In this document: positions 11,958-26,363 of the stretch, one piece after another
Position numbering within the stretch: position 1 is the first letter of the stretch
Layout: each line of letters begins with the position of its first letter
DNA from: Lytechinus pictus
Taxonomy: Eukaryota
Direction of reading: 5' to 3'
Assembly: GCF_037042905.1 (NCBI RefSeq)
Contig: NC_087245.1
Span: forward strand, 18,602,001-18,666,000
Length of the DNA stretch: 64,000 nucleotides
The notes under the pieces: generated by a model
The model's database searches: none
The model's input: only the letters and a program-made list of their open reading frames with translations
What the model was told of the DNA's origin: nothing
Program-made: the position numbers and the translations under genes

Positions 11958-14252
11958 TTTCCTCAAAAGAGAAACTCCTTCACTCTTGCTCTAAATTTAT
12001 ATGTGAATTTTGCTTCCGCGCTGTGCGCGGTTAAATAACAATACTGAAGTTCTCCATTGTTTCCCCCACCCTTTCTCTAACCCTGTTTTTCCACCTCAGC
12101 TATATGTGTTTCTTGCCAGTTAAAGTTCAACTGTATACATTAGGGCATGGAATTAGAGTAAGGTTAGGTCGAAGTATATGAAGTTGATCGCGCAACTTCT
12201 AGTCGGGTCGGCTGCTGGCGGGTAAAATCTTTATATCAATTTCTGCCGTCACCTCCATAAAGTCAACTTTTAGCTTTTAAGCTTATTCCTAAACAACCAT
12301 AATTTTGGGGCAAACAGGTTCCTAATTTAAAAAGAGGAAGGTATAAAATTCGTGTCGTATTAAATAAAAAAGTACAATATTTTTTTATCAAATTCTATTA
12401 AACTTCATGTCATTTCCCAGCACATTCATCTCCTGTCCTGTTTTGCGCCCTCAGTTGAAATTTTGAATGACACTTAAGTTTCTTTATAATTCAAAATGAA
12501 GCGCTTCAGGATAAGTCAAATAAATTAGGCATCCTTTTTTATATAATTTCAATAAATCACAGAAGTTTCAACTTTTTGCGCACTATTTTCCTTGTAATGA
12601 AGTTCAAAAATCTTAGAATTAGAGCCGATGGGGGTATTACAAATATCTGCATTTGATGTAACGTCCGCCCTTAGAAATTTCAGAGTTTCATTGCTCTGCG
12701 CGGGGAGGAATATCTTTCTTCCGGCATATACACTTCTTCTCCTCTGTTTTGCGAGTTAAAGATATGCACTGTCGCTAAATTGTTTATAATCAAATCTGAT
12801 CTTTCCAAGGGAAGTATTCAATATATCTTTGAGAATACTCTTTTCTCGGGACCCTTTTCGTGGCAAAAAAATTGATAAAACGCTTCAGCTTCCGCGCGGG
12901 GTTATCATTATTTTAATTTCCTCCATTGTATTCCTCTTTTGTGCATTCACAATCACTTTTGAAAACAAGGTTCATGAAAACAAGGTTCAAAATCACGATA
13001 TAGTCAAAGAATTGGAGCTGATATAGGTACTAGAGACAAGAGAGACGGCTCCTTTTCATTTTAATTCATGAAACACCAAAACCTTCGCGCTTCGCCCCTA
13101 GGGAGCGCGCTTCGCGCGCTCTGTAAGTGTTGGCACGCTTCGCGTGCATTTACCGCCCCCTCCAAAATGAAATCCTGGCTACGCGGTTGTGAGGTCAAGA
13201 TTCATTTCCAAATCTATTTATTTGCTTGAATAGTTCTGTTGTTCCTTTTTAATATGTTCTCTTTTAGCTTTGAATATTCCTTCTTTAGGCAGGAACAATT
13301 CTTTTTTTAAACCAAAGTATGGGAGAGCGTGTTTTTTTTTCAAATCCTTTCATTGTGTGCTACAAAGGTTATGGTGCCTTTGAACAGTGGCATACTGATG
13401 GGTGGGGGCTTGGGGCGCTTCCCCCTATAAAAAAAATCATGACCAAGAAAAGAAAAGTGGAAAGGAAAATAACAGAAAACATAGAAAGTGAAATATGATA
13501 TAATTTTCTGAATATTATGTCAAAATCACAAAATTGGATATTTCAATAAAAAAGTGGAAATTTTTGCTTGCTCGCTTCACAACTTTTTAATACATTTTAC
13601 CCGATCTGCCATATCTTTCTCCTTCAAAATTGACTCAATACACCATTGCCATTAAAAGGCGTGAATCTTTTCCTGTTTGTCCTGTCAAGCACATAATTAA
13701 ACTTGGTGAAGGGTTCAATAACCCCTTGAAAATAGGATTCATGTCTTTTATAATTACCATATCATAATTTGTTTTACATAATAAAAGGATTTGAATAATT
13801 ACAAATTCTCCCAACTGATAATGCAAATCTTCTTACTTGGGTTGACAAAAAGTCTTTTTTTTTCTTACTTATGAAGGAAAATTCAAATGTAAAAGAAGTT
13901 TAAATGAAAAACAAAATAATTCAGGTAAATAAATAAATTTGTAAATGAAATTTGACAGCATAATTCGAAAATTATGGCAAAGATAATGAAAAGATTAAGA
14001 GGAAGTCTGCTGATTAGCCAAAAGTCTCATCATCAAATTTCTCATTTCTGCCAATTGGGCGCAAGCCTCTTTTTGAACCCCCAACAAAAACGTCCCTTGT
14101 TCGCTCAAGCATGAACAACATTTATTTTTTTAAATGGCATTTCAAAGATAAGATCTCAGAGCATCTATTAACATAAAAATATAGATAAAATAATTTGAAA
14201 CAAATTTTTTATATAGACTTTTCAAAACTGTCCCGTTTTTTTATACGCACTG
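11493..14252. mobile_element. Tc1/mariner-type non-autonomous element
   Basis: TIR CAGTGCGTATAAAAAAA(A)CGGGACAG.TTTGAAAAGTCTATA at both ends; TA TSD. Confidence 0.8.
11794..13189. mobile_element. hAT-type element nested in the Tc1-like element
   Basis: Termini CAGGCGCGTAGCCAGG / CCTGGCTACGCGGTTG; 8-bp TSD TGAGGTCA (11786-11793, 13190-13197). Confidence 0.8.
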
Positions 14253-14271
14253 TATGCATTTGATGCGAGCA

Positions 14272-14455
14272 AACATGAAACATGAATTTGGCGCCCCCGG
14301 TCAAACATCAAATTGGAGCCCCAAAGGCCGAATATGAATTTGGCGCCCCGTCCTAGTTGAACATGAATTCGGCGCCCCCTATATGTCAAACATCAATTGG
14401 GCGCCCCTAGGTAAAACACAAAATCGGCGCCCCTTCCCCCTATGTTGAACATCAA
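14272..14455. repeat. Short degenerate tandem repeat (AACATGAATTTGGCGCCCC-like, ~6 copies)
   Basis: Motif recurs about every 26-30 bp. Confidence 0.6.
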
Positions 14456-15909
14456 TGAGAAGCTGCCAAGACCCGGGTCATGCTGCCAAAACGGTCAAAA
14501 ACATGAAAAGAGGGAAAAGGGGTCTATAGCAGATTGTATAATTATACTATTCTAGTCTAATTTCCTTAATTATGAATAAACCATCAATACGAATTGGGCC
14601 TGAGGCCCTGAATATCCTTTATATGGTCCAAAATATGGTCCAATGATTCTTATTAATTTAAATATGTATTAAAGACAAGTTATACATGTTTTTTTTTCAA
14701 TATTATTATCATTTTATATTTGTCATTCTCAATGATAGTTGTTCTTGTACCAGTGGCGTAGCTAGGATTTTTTTCCTGGGGGGGGGGCACTGGGGGTCCT
14801 TGCTTTTTAATGGGGGCAACATTTTTTTCTGTGTGTACGGTATGTGCCACACGGGCGGATCCAGCTTTCGCCAATAGGGGGTGGGGCCCAAAATTATTTT
14901 CCCCTATCGGTTGCCCAAAGTTGATTTTTGTTTCTTTGAAGGGATAGTCCTCACTGTCACTTCTCATATAAAACAACATAAATATGAAATACTCTCACAA
15001 GCCCTATATAAAAAGTGCGAGCGCGAAGCGCGAGCTAATATCTTTTTTACTTTCATGTATTTTGTCCTGAAAATTTAACATTCTGGACAATGTTTGTGAT
15101 CCTGAACAAGATGCGTATGTAACTTGATAATTACCGAGAACGCCAAGCGCGAGCAGAAATTCTAATAAATGTTCTTGATTCAAAAGGGACATGTTAAGGA
15201 CTTATTACAGCTACCCATGAAGACAATACATATTTCAACAATTAAATAATGCGGTCGCGAAGCGCGTGTTGAAAAAATTGAGATTTTAGACCTAAAACGG
15301 GACACTCTATTCAGGATGAGTAATTGGGTATCTTCCTACGTTAATAATGCGAGCGTGAAGCGCGAGCAGAAAATTATTGATATTATGATCTGAGACTGGA
15401 TAATCTCTAAGCACGTTTTAAATAAAGGACAAGCTGCCCATATATCAATAAACATGCGTGCGCCTGTTTTAGATTTAGACCTAGAATATGAGCATTCTGT
15501 ATACATTTTTTTTCAATCATGAAGATCAATAATGCCAGCTCGAAAAGGGTCAGTTTAAGCACTATTTCAAGCACTGTGATGTAGCAAAATTGTGAACTGG
15601 ATGTGGATCAAACTTAATAAATGATGCGAGCGCGAATTATTATTTTGACCTGTAGAACATTCAAGGACATTATGTCATCATATGAAAATGATGACTATCT
15701 TCCTATTATTCATAAGCGCGAGATGAAACTTGTTGATAAACCATTCTGAAAAAGGGCCAAGTTAGTTTAAATGTTATTTTCTCATTTATTAATCTAATGT
15801 GCTTACTTATTGAGAGCGTGGAATTTGTTCGCATATACATTCGTAATTCCGAGGCCTCGTTATTCCGAAGGTTAGGATATTCCGAAAGTTCGTTATTCCG
15901 AAGGTTCGA

Positions 15910-16466
15910 AATACCCTTTTTACACACGCTAAAATTTCCTTAACCCCGTACTATAGGTGGGGCTAAATTGCCATTTAGCCCCACCTATAGTACGGGGTTA
16001 AGCTTAGCCCACTTTCTTTTTACACAGCATTTTTGCAAAGTGGGCTAACCCCACCTTTAGTACGGGATTATTTGGCCCTGCAAAAAAGCAGGGTTATCCC
16101 AGCAATTGCGGTGCTAAGAGCGATAGTACGGGGTTAAGATCGCTAGTGTAAAACGAAAGTGGGCTAAGCTTAACCCCGTACTATAGGTGGGGCCAAATGG
16201 CAATTTGACCCCACCTATAGTACGGGGTTAAGGAAATTGTAGCGTGTGTAAAATGGTACGAGTGAAGTACTTGTACTACGAATGATCGACAAAAACCACT
16301 AGTCCGGGGTTAGCAAGTTTCGTGTGTGAAAAGCAAGCATTCCTTATCCGGGGTTAGCAATAACAATTTGGCATGTGTAAAAAGGAAAAAAAATAGTACG
16401 GGGTTAAGGATAGTACGGGGTTAGCGATAGTCCGGGGTTAAGAAAATCCTGTGTAAAAAGGGTATT
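15910..16466. mobile_element. Palindrome-rich MITE inserted in the foldback left arm
   Basis: TIR AATACCCTTTTTACACA / TGTGTAAAAAGGGTATT; internal hairpins TTAACCCCGTACTATAGGTGGGG..CCCCACCTATAGTACGGGGTTAA. Confidence 0.7.
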
Positions 16467-17074
16467 AGTCCGAAAAACGAAATGAGGTTCGTTATTCCGA
16501 AGGTTCGTTAATCCAAAAACGAAATGAGCTTCGTAATTCCGAAGTTTCGTTAGTCCGAAAACGAAATGAGGTTCGTTAGTCCGAAAACGAAATAAGGTTC
16601 GTATTTCCGAAAATGAAATTAATTCATTTTGGTAACAAGAACGGTGTTGTCCTTACAAGATAACATGATATTATGCAATAATAAAATAACGAACGATGAT
16701 ACATGTGTGTGTTGTGGCCAAAGCATGTATTGCATTAAGGATATGCGGCCGGATCAAGCATACGCTTAATTTCGATTTTATCTGAGCTGCCCAAGCAAAT
16801 GATTTAAAGACGCAGGGGATTAAGTGTGTTGGTCGCGTGCGAGTAACCTCCAGATAATAGGATTTGTATTGGAGGAGATGTCATTTTCAATAAGAGCTTA
16901 ATGCTGGTAATAAAAATAGTAATGATGATCATGATAATCCCAAACGATGATCATGATAAAAATGGTGATAAAGAATATAAATGTTAATAAAATGTTATTG
17001 ATCGTTACGCCTAGAACAATGTTAATCCTTTTTTCATGATTACAAAAAATGCTCGGAATGTTTGCTCTTTATGT

Positions 17075-17440
17075 GGGGCGTATAAATGGACCAGTGGATT
17101 AGTCTTCTGACTATGAAACAGAGGGTAGTAGGTTCGAATCCCAGCCATGGCGTAATTTCCTTCAACAAGAAATTTATCCACACTGTGCTGCACTCAACCC
17201 GGGTGAGGTGAATGGGTACCCGGTATAGGAAGAAATTAATTAAATGCCTTCCTTTGGGGGCCCAGGCAGCCCAGCTAAAGCCGGGGCAATAGCAGGGCCC
17301 GCTGGCAGAACAGTTTTCAGAACTGAAGTGGCTTCCCTTGGTAGATAATACCAATATTATCATTATTATTATAGTAGTAGTAGTAGTAGTAGTAGTATAT
17401 TGTAGTAGTAGTATAGTATTATCATTACTATTATTATTGT
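17075..17440 (+). mobile_element. tRNA-derived SINE
   Basis: tRNA-like head with B-box GGTTCGAATCC (17131-17141), SINE-like body, and an (ATT/AGT)n tail. Confidence 0.7.
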
Positions 17441-19029
17441 GTCCTATTAGGCCTACATGAAATGTCCAAAGTTTGAGCTCGTGATTCGCTCGCAATATCT
17501 CTCAAGGGTGCCCTTTAAACAGTAATTAGGTCTATGATTGACCAAAAAGTGAGTTTTACAACTTCAGATTTGATAGTTTTCCAAACCGCTTGCTCGCGAA
17601 AATAAAACCTGAATATATATCTTATCAATCGAAAATCAATTTAAAAAACTTTGCTCAACTTAATTACGACAAAACATACAACTTTACACAGATGATAATC
17701 TCATGGTGAAAATACCCGTTTGCACCAAAATGCCCGTTTTGGCATATAAGTGCACCTTTTTTGGCTTTGCCCCCCCCCCCCCAAATGAAAATACGTTCCG
17801 CCGCCCCTGGTTGAAACATGTATCGTCTTCATGGCTGACTGCAAAAATTCCTTAACATGACCCTTTTAGATCAGGTCAGAGCTTATATTTAAAATTTCTG
17901 CTCGCGCTTCTTGCTCGCAGTTGTTACCTAGTTAGGCATCTTGTTTTGAAGATCACAAGCATATTGCCCATCATATTTTCAACAAAAAATTTTGAGCTGC
18001 CGGTCGGGGAAATTATGGGTGAAAACATTTCGCCCCCCCTATTGGCGAAAGTTGGATCCTCCGGGGGGGGGGGGCAGGGGGCACTTGAACCCCCAAAATA
18101 ATTAACAGGGAAATGCTATTTGGTATTTTTCCAAAATGGGAAATTCCTTTTTTCAAAATAAATACTCTTTTTAAAGTATACATTTTAGATTAATTTTCAG
18201 GCTGGAATATTACAATTTTTCAGCTCACGCTTCGCACTCGCATTATTCGATTGGTAAAATAATTATGTATCCTAAAGAGGTCACTAAATGCAGTCCTTTA
18301 TAACAGGTTCCTTTTCTGGTCAGTTTATTTAAGCTCGCGCTTTGCGCTCGTGTTAACTCTTTAGTTAATTTATGGACCCTATATATAGGGTCCATGGTTT
18401 AATGATAGCAGAAACCTGCTCGAAATTTTTTATTTTCATTTCTTATTGAAATGCCCTAAATTTGAGCTTGTGATCCACGCTCGCAACATCTCGCAATAAT
18501 GACATTTTAACAGTAATTGCATGACCCCAAAAACGAAAATTAATTCGGCCACCCTTGCCTTCCCATCCTCTTAACAATTGAACAGCAACGGTGTTTCTCC
18601 CCCCTCCCCCCTCCCCCCACCACCACACTTGCCCTTCCTCTGCTTTCCCGGTTTTCATTTTTCGGATTAACGAACCTTCGGAACAACGAACCTTCGGGAC
18701 AACGAACCTTATTTCGTTTTCGGAATAACGCCACAAATGTTCGGATTAACGAACCCTTTTTCGTTTTCGGATTAACGAACATCGAGGTATAGACAATTTG
18801 CGTGTTTAGGAATTACGAACCTTCGAAATTTCGAAGTGTAACCGAATTTGTTGATATCAAGGCTTCAAAACTGCATATTTAAAGCACTTTTCTAATCACG
18901 AATATGACTGACTCATGGGTTAATACATTTTTAACAATATTCTTGATGCGAGCGCAAATAGCGAACCGACTTTTTTTTATATTATGAATTGTATCATGAC
19001 AAGGGGATTTTAAGTAGCTTATTAAATAT

Positions 19030-20537
19030 CACTGGCGTAAATCCCGGGGGGATGGGGGGGATATATCCCCCCACTTTTTGAGGAGGGGGATGGCCTGTAC
19101 AAACATCCCCCCCCCCCCCAGTTTTTACGAAAGAAATTAAGAAAAAATCACAAGAGATAATTGTTTATTGGTGAAAATTCTTCCTAAAATACTGCTTAAC
19201 AAATAAAACAATATCATTAAATCATAAAATGCAAATAAAGAGCCAGTTCGCCATTTCCAAACGAAATACTTATGTCCTTATTATAACATTGAAGAGAAAC
19301 CCCCGTTTCTTCCAATTCATCAATGTTGGGGTCTTTGGGAAGGGATTAAGATGGAATGTCAAAACATTTTTAATGTAATCTCTAATAAAACCATTAACCA
19401 TCATGGGGTAAAAAAGTTAATAATATTGGAGGGTATTTGCCATATGGACATACAGTGGCGTAACTACGGGGGGCATGGGGGGCACATCCCCCCCCCCCCC
19501 ATCGGCTGACCCAAAAAAAAAACGGGGAAAGTGGGAAAAGGAGAAGAGGGAGAAAGGAAGAGAAGCGAGGTGGGAAAGAAGAAAATATTATTCATTATAA
19601 TGTTATATTATATTATAGTTATGTTATGTTACATTATACATAAGAAACATTTTTATCATAACTTTATGAAACATAATTTGCCCAGGGCCTCCGTCTTCAT
19701 TGTTCCTGGTGCTCGCATTGTCTGTTTAACGAGATATATACTCCTGTTGTACTTAAACATCCCGTTTTCAAGTCAATATAAACCAAATATATTTCCTAGC
19801 ACTTGAGTTATCGTTGTTTTACGTAGTTACATATGCTTCTTTTTCATGACTCAAAAAGTGATTGCCTCATGTTAAGGTCTTCGTATATATGAAACATTTC
19901 CTGTCCGTGATTACGTTCGCATTAGTGGATTGGTGAGATATGTCTGCTCTTCATGAATTCCTAAAATCAGTCCTTAAAATGTCCCTTCTTTTGATCTGAA
20001 TATCAAAAATTTTCAGCTCGCGCTTCGCGCTCGCATCATTTGGTTAATGAAATACGTATGGTCCTAGGTAATTCCTACAAAGAAACCTTAGAATGCCCCA
20101 CTTCAGGTCTGAATTATCTAAGTTTTCAGCTCGCGCTTCGCGCTCGCATTGTTTAGCGAGACAGGTACCTATCATGATTATACAAATTTGATTATAATGT
20201 CCCTTTTTAGGTGTGAATATAACAAAATTTCAGCTCGCGCTTCGCGCTCGCATTATTTGATTAGTGAGTATGTACATATCCGTTCAATGACATTGTCCTT
20301 ATGTCTCTATTAGGTCAGTATAACTGCCAACTGAGCGCGCTTCGCGCGCTCACTAGCGCACTCACTCAGTGATTCAAAAAATGTGCTGGTGCCCCCCTCC
20401 CCCAATGCCGTGATCCACGGTACGCCACTGTGGACATATCAATGACAATTCCTTGCATATCTAAAAACATGATTGCAAAAAAAATGCCAAAATATTTCAG
20501 TCATCCCCCCACCCATCAACACGGATTTACGCCAATG
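19030..20537. mobile_element. hAT-type non-autonomous element
   Basis: Termini CACTGGCGTAAATCC / GGATTTACGCCAATG; 8-bp TSD TTAAATAT. Confidence 0.8.
19453..20430. mobile_element. hAT-type element nested in the previous one
   Basis: Termini CAGTGGCGTA / TACGCCACTG; 8-bp TSD TGGACATA (19445-19452, 20431-20438). Confidence 0.8.
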
Positions 20538-22014
20538 TTAAATATGTTACGGTAAACATACTATAGCAGCGCTATAGTTGATAGGCCTTTACGTTTTGAC
20601 AGTCAAATCTGAAAAGGGATAAAGTTTGAGAACTTTATGGAATAGGCCTACGTGAAGACAATAGGAACTGGGCAAAGCTCCATATCAGCGCGCCTATACT
20701 GAGCAAGATATGAATCTCATCGAACAGGCAATGCGAGCGCGAAGTGCGAGCGAAAATCTTATATAGTGACATGAAAGCTTTTTTTCGGAAGTCTTCCCCT
20801 CAACTTATTTTATTCACTCGTGTTCTTCCTCTTATTTTCCTCTTCTTTTTTCCTTCTATCTTTCCCCTTCTTTCTTTCTCCCCCCTTATTTTTTGCTCAG
20901 CCAATTTTTTCAGGGGCTGGGGGCACGTGCCCCCCCCCCCCGTATAGCTATGCCCTTGTGTTGTATTGTGATAATACTTGTTTCAGTGACTGTTATTTTG
21001 GGTCGGCCTATATTCATAAGGGCAGTTATTATCTGAAGGCTATACATGTTTGGTTAGTCATGACCATATAAAGATGTACTTGCAAAATAAACAGTATTTG
21101 GCTATAATATAATGTAATTAAAAGTAATCATGAGCAGTCCAACTTGTACATAAAACTTTTTCTATTTTTTCTGTTTTCTTATTTGTCAATGCTTCCTCCA
21201 CTTTTCTCTCTCTCTCTCTTGTAATTATTTTTTTTATGTCGTGAGTTTGAATATCCCCCATGAAGCTTGGCATATGGTTATTGGCAAAACAAAACAAAAA
21301 AGCTCAATTTTTTAACTGCTCATCGAATAGCTGGGTAACTGATGAACTAGATTGACATGGTGCTTTCATCGGCCGTTTTCCTCGAGTCACCTATGACTAA
21401 TCATCAGCCGAGAAGGAGACTTTCTCCAACTGTTGACCAACATAAACACATTGGCCCCAGTATCCGATTTACAGAATTAATCATAGTGATGAAAGCATCC
21501 GGGCTTTCTGTGCAGTGTTCCCCAAAGCATTATAATAGATTTTTAAAAACAAACTAACCGAAAAGGCATGCAAATACATATTATACATATACATAACACA
21601 TTCTTCCGTCAATATTTGTCTTTTGTATTTTAGGTAAATTTTGAGAAAATCGAAAATACCAGGCATGCCATTCTTTAAAGGGGTTACAGCCTGAAGGCTG
21701 AATAGTCGCTGGCAAGGTTGTATTAAAAAATTGAAACCTTGAAACAGAAGGTTGGTTGGTGTTTATTTTAACGGCGTTTGCATTACGCCTTTTCTGATCA
21801 TATATATTTTTTCTCGATTATTCAAAAAAAAAATCTTCATTTTTCTATTAAATAATCTGTAGAAAGAGCACAAGTTGCAAAAACAAAAATAAGGCAAAAC
21901 CAACGGAAAATAAGCTAGGGAACAGAAATGAAGGCTATATGCTTTATTTTTTGGTCTATATACATTGCCTCGTTGGGCATCAGATCAGAGTATTGATACA
22001 CAGCCTAGCTACAT

Positions 22015-22184
22015 CAGGGGCCGCGGAACCGGGGGGCTGGGGGGGGGGGGGCTTCAGCCCCCAACTTTTTCCCAAAACCGTGTACAAAAACGTAAAATTG
22101 ACCATATTTGATTGTGATTTTTAGCATGGTCAGCCCCACACTTTTGCCCCCCCCCCCACTTTGAAAACCGTTCCGCGGCCCCTG
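22015..22184. mobile_element. Small MITE
   Basis: TIR CAGGGGCCGCGGAAC / GTTCCGCGGCCCCTG; no TSD seen. Confidence 0.6.
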
Positions 22185-22329
22185 TATAATACAGGACCTA
22201 TTTCATATTATTATTTTTTTCGGGGGGGTCATATACACACTTCTGTATTAAGTCATGCCATTGCAATGTGTCGAGTAAATAGAAAAAGTGAAAGTAATGT
22301 AAAGAAAGAAAAAAATAAGAAAAATACAA

Positions 22330-22620
22330 ATTATTATTATTATTTTGTTTGGCGTCACCTGTGCCTGGGAGGCGAAAAGCGAACTGAATCACTATGACCC
22401 GCAGGTCTCTCCTCCCGATATAACTGATTGGGGGGAATGCAGGTGGACCACTACACCGGGGTTTCCCCCTACTCTTATACGAATAGTGCAGTGGGTTCTT
22501 TACGTGCAAATGTGGTGACTCTCCTCTACACGGGGCCTCCATTTAACGTCCTATCCGAGGGACGGAGTGTTTTCCATTGTAACATAGCCTGCATCTATGA
22601 AACATGGGAGAGACGTTTAC
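22330..22620 (-). mobile_element. 5'-truncated SINE with a Meta-domain-like centre
   Basis: Minus strand reads CCGTCCCTCGGATAGGACGTTAAATGGAGGCCCCGTGT...GCACGTAAAGAACCC, resembling the recalled MetaSINE central domain; (AAT)n tail. Confidence 0.55.
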
Positions 22621-24223
22621 ACACAAATGAAATAAAATAAATAAATAAATAACAATTACAGATATATATACAAACTTCTATATAATGTCACTTTCCGTCC
22701 TCCTCTCTTCATTCTTTTTTTTTCCTTCTCTGTATTGTGTTCTTTTTTCCTTTTTGTATTTTTTTCTTTTTTTCGTTGACAATTAGGAGAAAGTTGTATT
22801 TGTGCTAGTCTTGTATGAAGACCTACTTGTTGATCAAAGTTTCTGTCTACAGTGCATGCATGCGCCATATCATATAGGCCAAAGTATCTTCTTCTTGGTG
22901 ATACTCCTCAACGTTCCTATTACAGGAACCACCCGAGGAGGATGGTATCATAGACAGTAACATTCGCGATTTCGAATAATTTTTTTCTCTGACTTTTTTT
23001 TTAGTTCTTGATGCCGCGCACGAAGCCTGAGAGTAGACTAATTCTAGTTGTTAAAAGACCATGCTTGTTTGACGAAATTCCGCTCTCTCTCGTGAAATCG
23101 CCGCTTTGGTTAAATTTTGCAGAGAGGATCTAAATCCAATAGCTTCAGGCAAACAAAGTTTGTAGAGGGTCAAGGTGAGTGTTATATTCGAAGATTCAGA
23201 TAGGGGTCTACGCGTATTTTGAAGAATTTATACTGATTTTGCGATGACCATGCGACGACCGGCATCGATGCAGAGCCAGACGTCCCAGTCCCAGAGCAGG
23301 TAGACCAAAGGCAAAAGCTTCGGTCTATGTTATATTGGTTGTTCCGCTGAACTCCGCTGGAGCTGGAGCTGGCTCCACTCACCAATTAATACCGAGACCG
23401 AAGTTCTAACTCGATCTGTACAGGGATTCAATGGCCATAATTGTACTTGATGCCCCCAGGGGACATAAACTTTTTTACCTTTTGGTACTCCTTGATTTCC
23501 CGATGATTCTTCGTTACCGAAATGTAAACTACTAAATATTTCTTTTCTCTCACGATAATTTATAAAAAAAATTAGAAAGTAGTTCCGGTTTGCGCTAGCG
23601 CACCCCATATGAGATGCGAGTACAAATGCGCAAACAGGTGCATCTAGATGAGCGCGCATCCTTGCCTCCTCATCTATCCTCTTATATATTTATTACTTGC
23701 ACTTGATGCCCCCAAAATTGATGAAAGCAGTGATCGGGCAAGTAATCCTAGAAGTAGAACTAGAAGTGTTGACAAAATTAACCTTGATAATGATAGCTAG
23801 TTTGTTGTACTTGATGCCCCCAAATTTTCCAGTTATTCAGCACGTTTATTCAGAAGTTTACATTCCACTAACCCCATTTCCCCTCTTTCATGTCTTTCTA
23901 TTTTCTAGCCGCGCAAGCCTTCATAACATCGTCGAATCAAATTAACCTTGTTGAATGTTGGCTAAATTAACCTTGATAGCTAGAGAATAAACTCTCTATT
24001 AATTATTACTTGTACTTGATGCCCCCAAAAATTTCAACAAAATTAACCTTGTAGCCATAATTAACCTTGTTGGCAAAATTAACCTTGATAGCTAATGTAA
24101 CCTTGAGAGCTATAGCTCGTCTCTCTTTAGTCAGCTGGCATAGCCAGGCGGCTTCTAGAGAGTAAAAATCATTTACTAACGTAAGGTTACTCTCATACGA
24201 AGCCAGGCCTTCTATCTCATAGA

Positions 24224-26073
24224 CAAGGCTCCACATTAACTTTTTTTGGTGGTGGCCCATTCGGGCCACCAAAACCATCAAATCATTTTTTTTGGTGGCC
24301 CGATATTAAAGTTTGGTGGCCCGAAAAATATAAAGAAAAACATTAAAAATGAATAAAACAAACTTCTGAAATATTAATTCTGCAGCCACTACCACTAAGT
24401 TACTTTCACTTTATACTTCTTGTATGTAAACCTTGTTTACTGTTATTTACTTTGCTAATTGATAATTGTTTCTATCGTTGTAAAAATGAAATGATTGAAA
24501 GTGAATAAATGAATTGTATTGTTCGCAGGTTGTGTGGACTTTTTTTAAAATCTCTGTATAGAGATAATATTAGGTAAAGTAAATAAATAGTGCATAGCAA
24601 ACTCAGATAGATGTACAAAACAATGTTTTTTCCTTCCTTCCTCTTTGAATCCTAAAACCTAGATTTTGCATGCCCCAAATCCAGTTTATTTCTGTTTTCT
24701 CTTTTGCAACTTATTATAGAAGGAGAAAATCACAGAAAAATATGCTGCAAAATTAGAACAATGCATAAAAGGGGGAAACAAACGAAAATAATTTTAAAAA
24801 AGTATATAACAAAAAGAAAAAAAAAATAAAAGAAATTAGTGAAATAAAACAAAAGAAAGAAAATGAAGAAAGAAAAAAACGAACAGGGGAAAAAAGAAAA
24901 AAATTAGAGAGAAAAAAGAGAAGAAAATGAAAGAAAAATTAATAAAACAAAGTTAATATAAAAATGGGGAAAAGGGGAAAATTAAGAAGCCATTACATAT
25001 ATTTTTAACAGCTGTGGCAACAGTCTATTCTGACTGGAATATAATTAAAAGCCAAGCAAATTAATTTTCACTTACCTTTTGGGAATGGCACATTTCTACT
25101 TTTATATCCTTTAGTTTGTATTATTTTATTTTCAGTAGAAACATATTTTTTAATCAGGCATATTCAATGGGAAGGGGTATAAATGGTTTAACCACTGTCA
25201 AAAAAAAATGAAAGGAAAAAAAAAGAAAACGGCAAAAACTATATCTGGAAAAAGTGTGAGAAAAGTCCTTCCCTATATTTGCCAAAATGTTGGGAAAAAA
25301 AATCACATTTCATATCAATGAAATGCCTTCCCAAAGTATTTACTTTCTCAAGAGTGGTTTAAGAAGTCATTTATAAACAAGAAAGAAATAAACTGTCTGT
25401 CTGTTTAAGGCTAGAAAATACACAGCTTCGAAAGAAACCAAGTATCAACATACATACAAATGCACACGTGGGACTGTGATGTACTTGCCTATGTGTTTTT
25501 ATGTGTATTAATTCATGTGGAAATCGGTCTTTTTGAGTCAAAAGAGAGGTCATAATTCCTCTTCTTAATACTTGCAAATAATCAGGGTACACCAGATTTT
25601 CGTAATATAGACTGTAGAATTGCATTTCATTGGTGTAAAAGGTGACTTTGACTTAGATTTTCAAAGTTCTGTGGAAGATTTCTCAGCAGCAACATTTTTT
25701 ATCGCAGCTCCCTGAGTCTGAATGGGCTGAGCTAGATCTAGAGCACAGCTGTATGCAGTGGCTTCATGCAAAGCTCACGCCAGCCGGCCGGCGCGGCTGG
25801 CTGGATAATAGCTACTGTATGCTATAGCTGTAGGCCTAATATGCAAACTTTGTGTGTGTGTATTTGTGTGTAGATCAACAAAAAGGGCGCATGACAGGCT
25901 TGCAATTTGAGCTGTAGAAAGTTGATAAATGCGTGCAAAATTGGGAGAAAAATTGCGCTACTTTGAAAATTATTGGTTGTCCGATTCGGGCCACCAAAAC
26001 TTAACATTTTATCAATAATGGTTGCCCGAGGTGAATTTTTGGTGGCCCCGGGCCACCGCTAATGTCGAGCCTC
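24224..26073. mobile_element. hAT-like element; its right part is also present inverted at ~52460-53050
   Basis: AGGCTC(C/G)ACATTA termini with GGTGGCCC..GGGCCACC subterminal motifs. Confidence 0.55.
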
Positions 26074-26245
26074 CACACAAAGGAAGCCAAAACCTGAAAC
26101 TTTCACCCCCGAGATTTCTACTTCTAAAAGATCTAGCTCTAAATCATGTACATGGGATAAAACTTCATTTCCGACATTTCTACGCTCTTGTTGTTATTTT
26201 TAAAACAAGAATTCATCAAAAAAATGAAAAAATATTGTGAAAAGA

Positions 26246-26363
26246 CGGAAGAGACTTGCCCGATGTTTACGCCGCCATCTTGTTTCTTATTGTACTTCCC
26301 CAACGTTGGGGAAGTACAATAAGAAACAAGATGGCGGCGTAAACATCGGGCAAGTCTCTTCCG
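26246..26363. repeat. Perfect 118-bp spacerless palindrome
   Basis: The 59-bp arms are exactly complementary, centred at CCCCAAC|GTTGGGG (26304/26305). Confidence 0.95.

Larger units (their letters stand above)
15830..18844. mobile_element. Foldback-like element with tandem ~16-bp subterminal repeats and nested cargo
   Basis: GGTTCGTTATTCCGAA-type repeats at the left end and their reverse complement at 18660-18844; 8-bp TSD AATTTGTT (15822-15829, 18845-18852). Confidence 0.7.
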
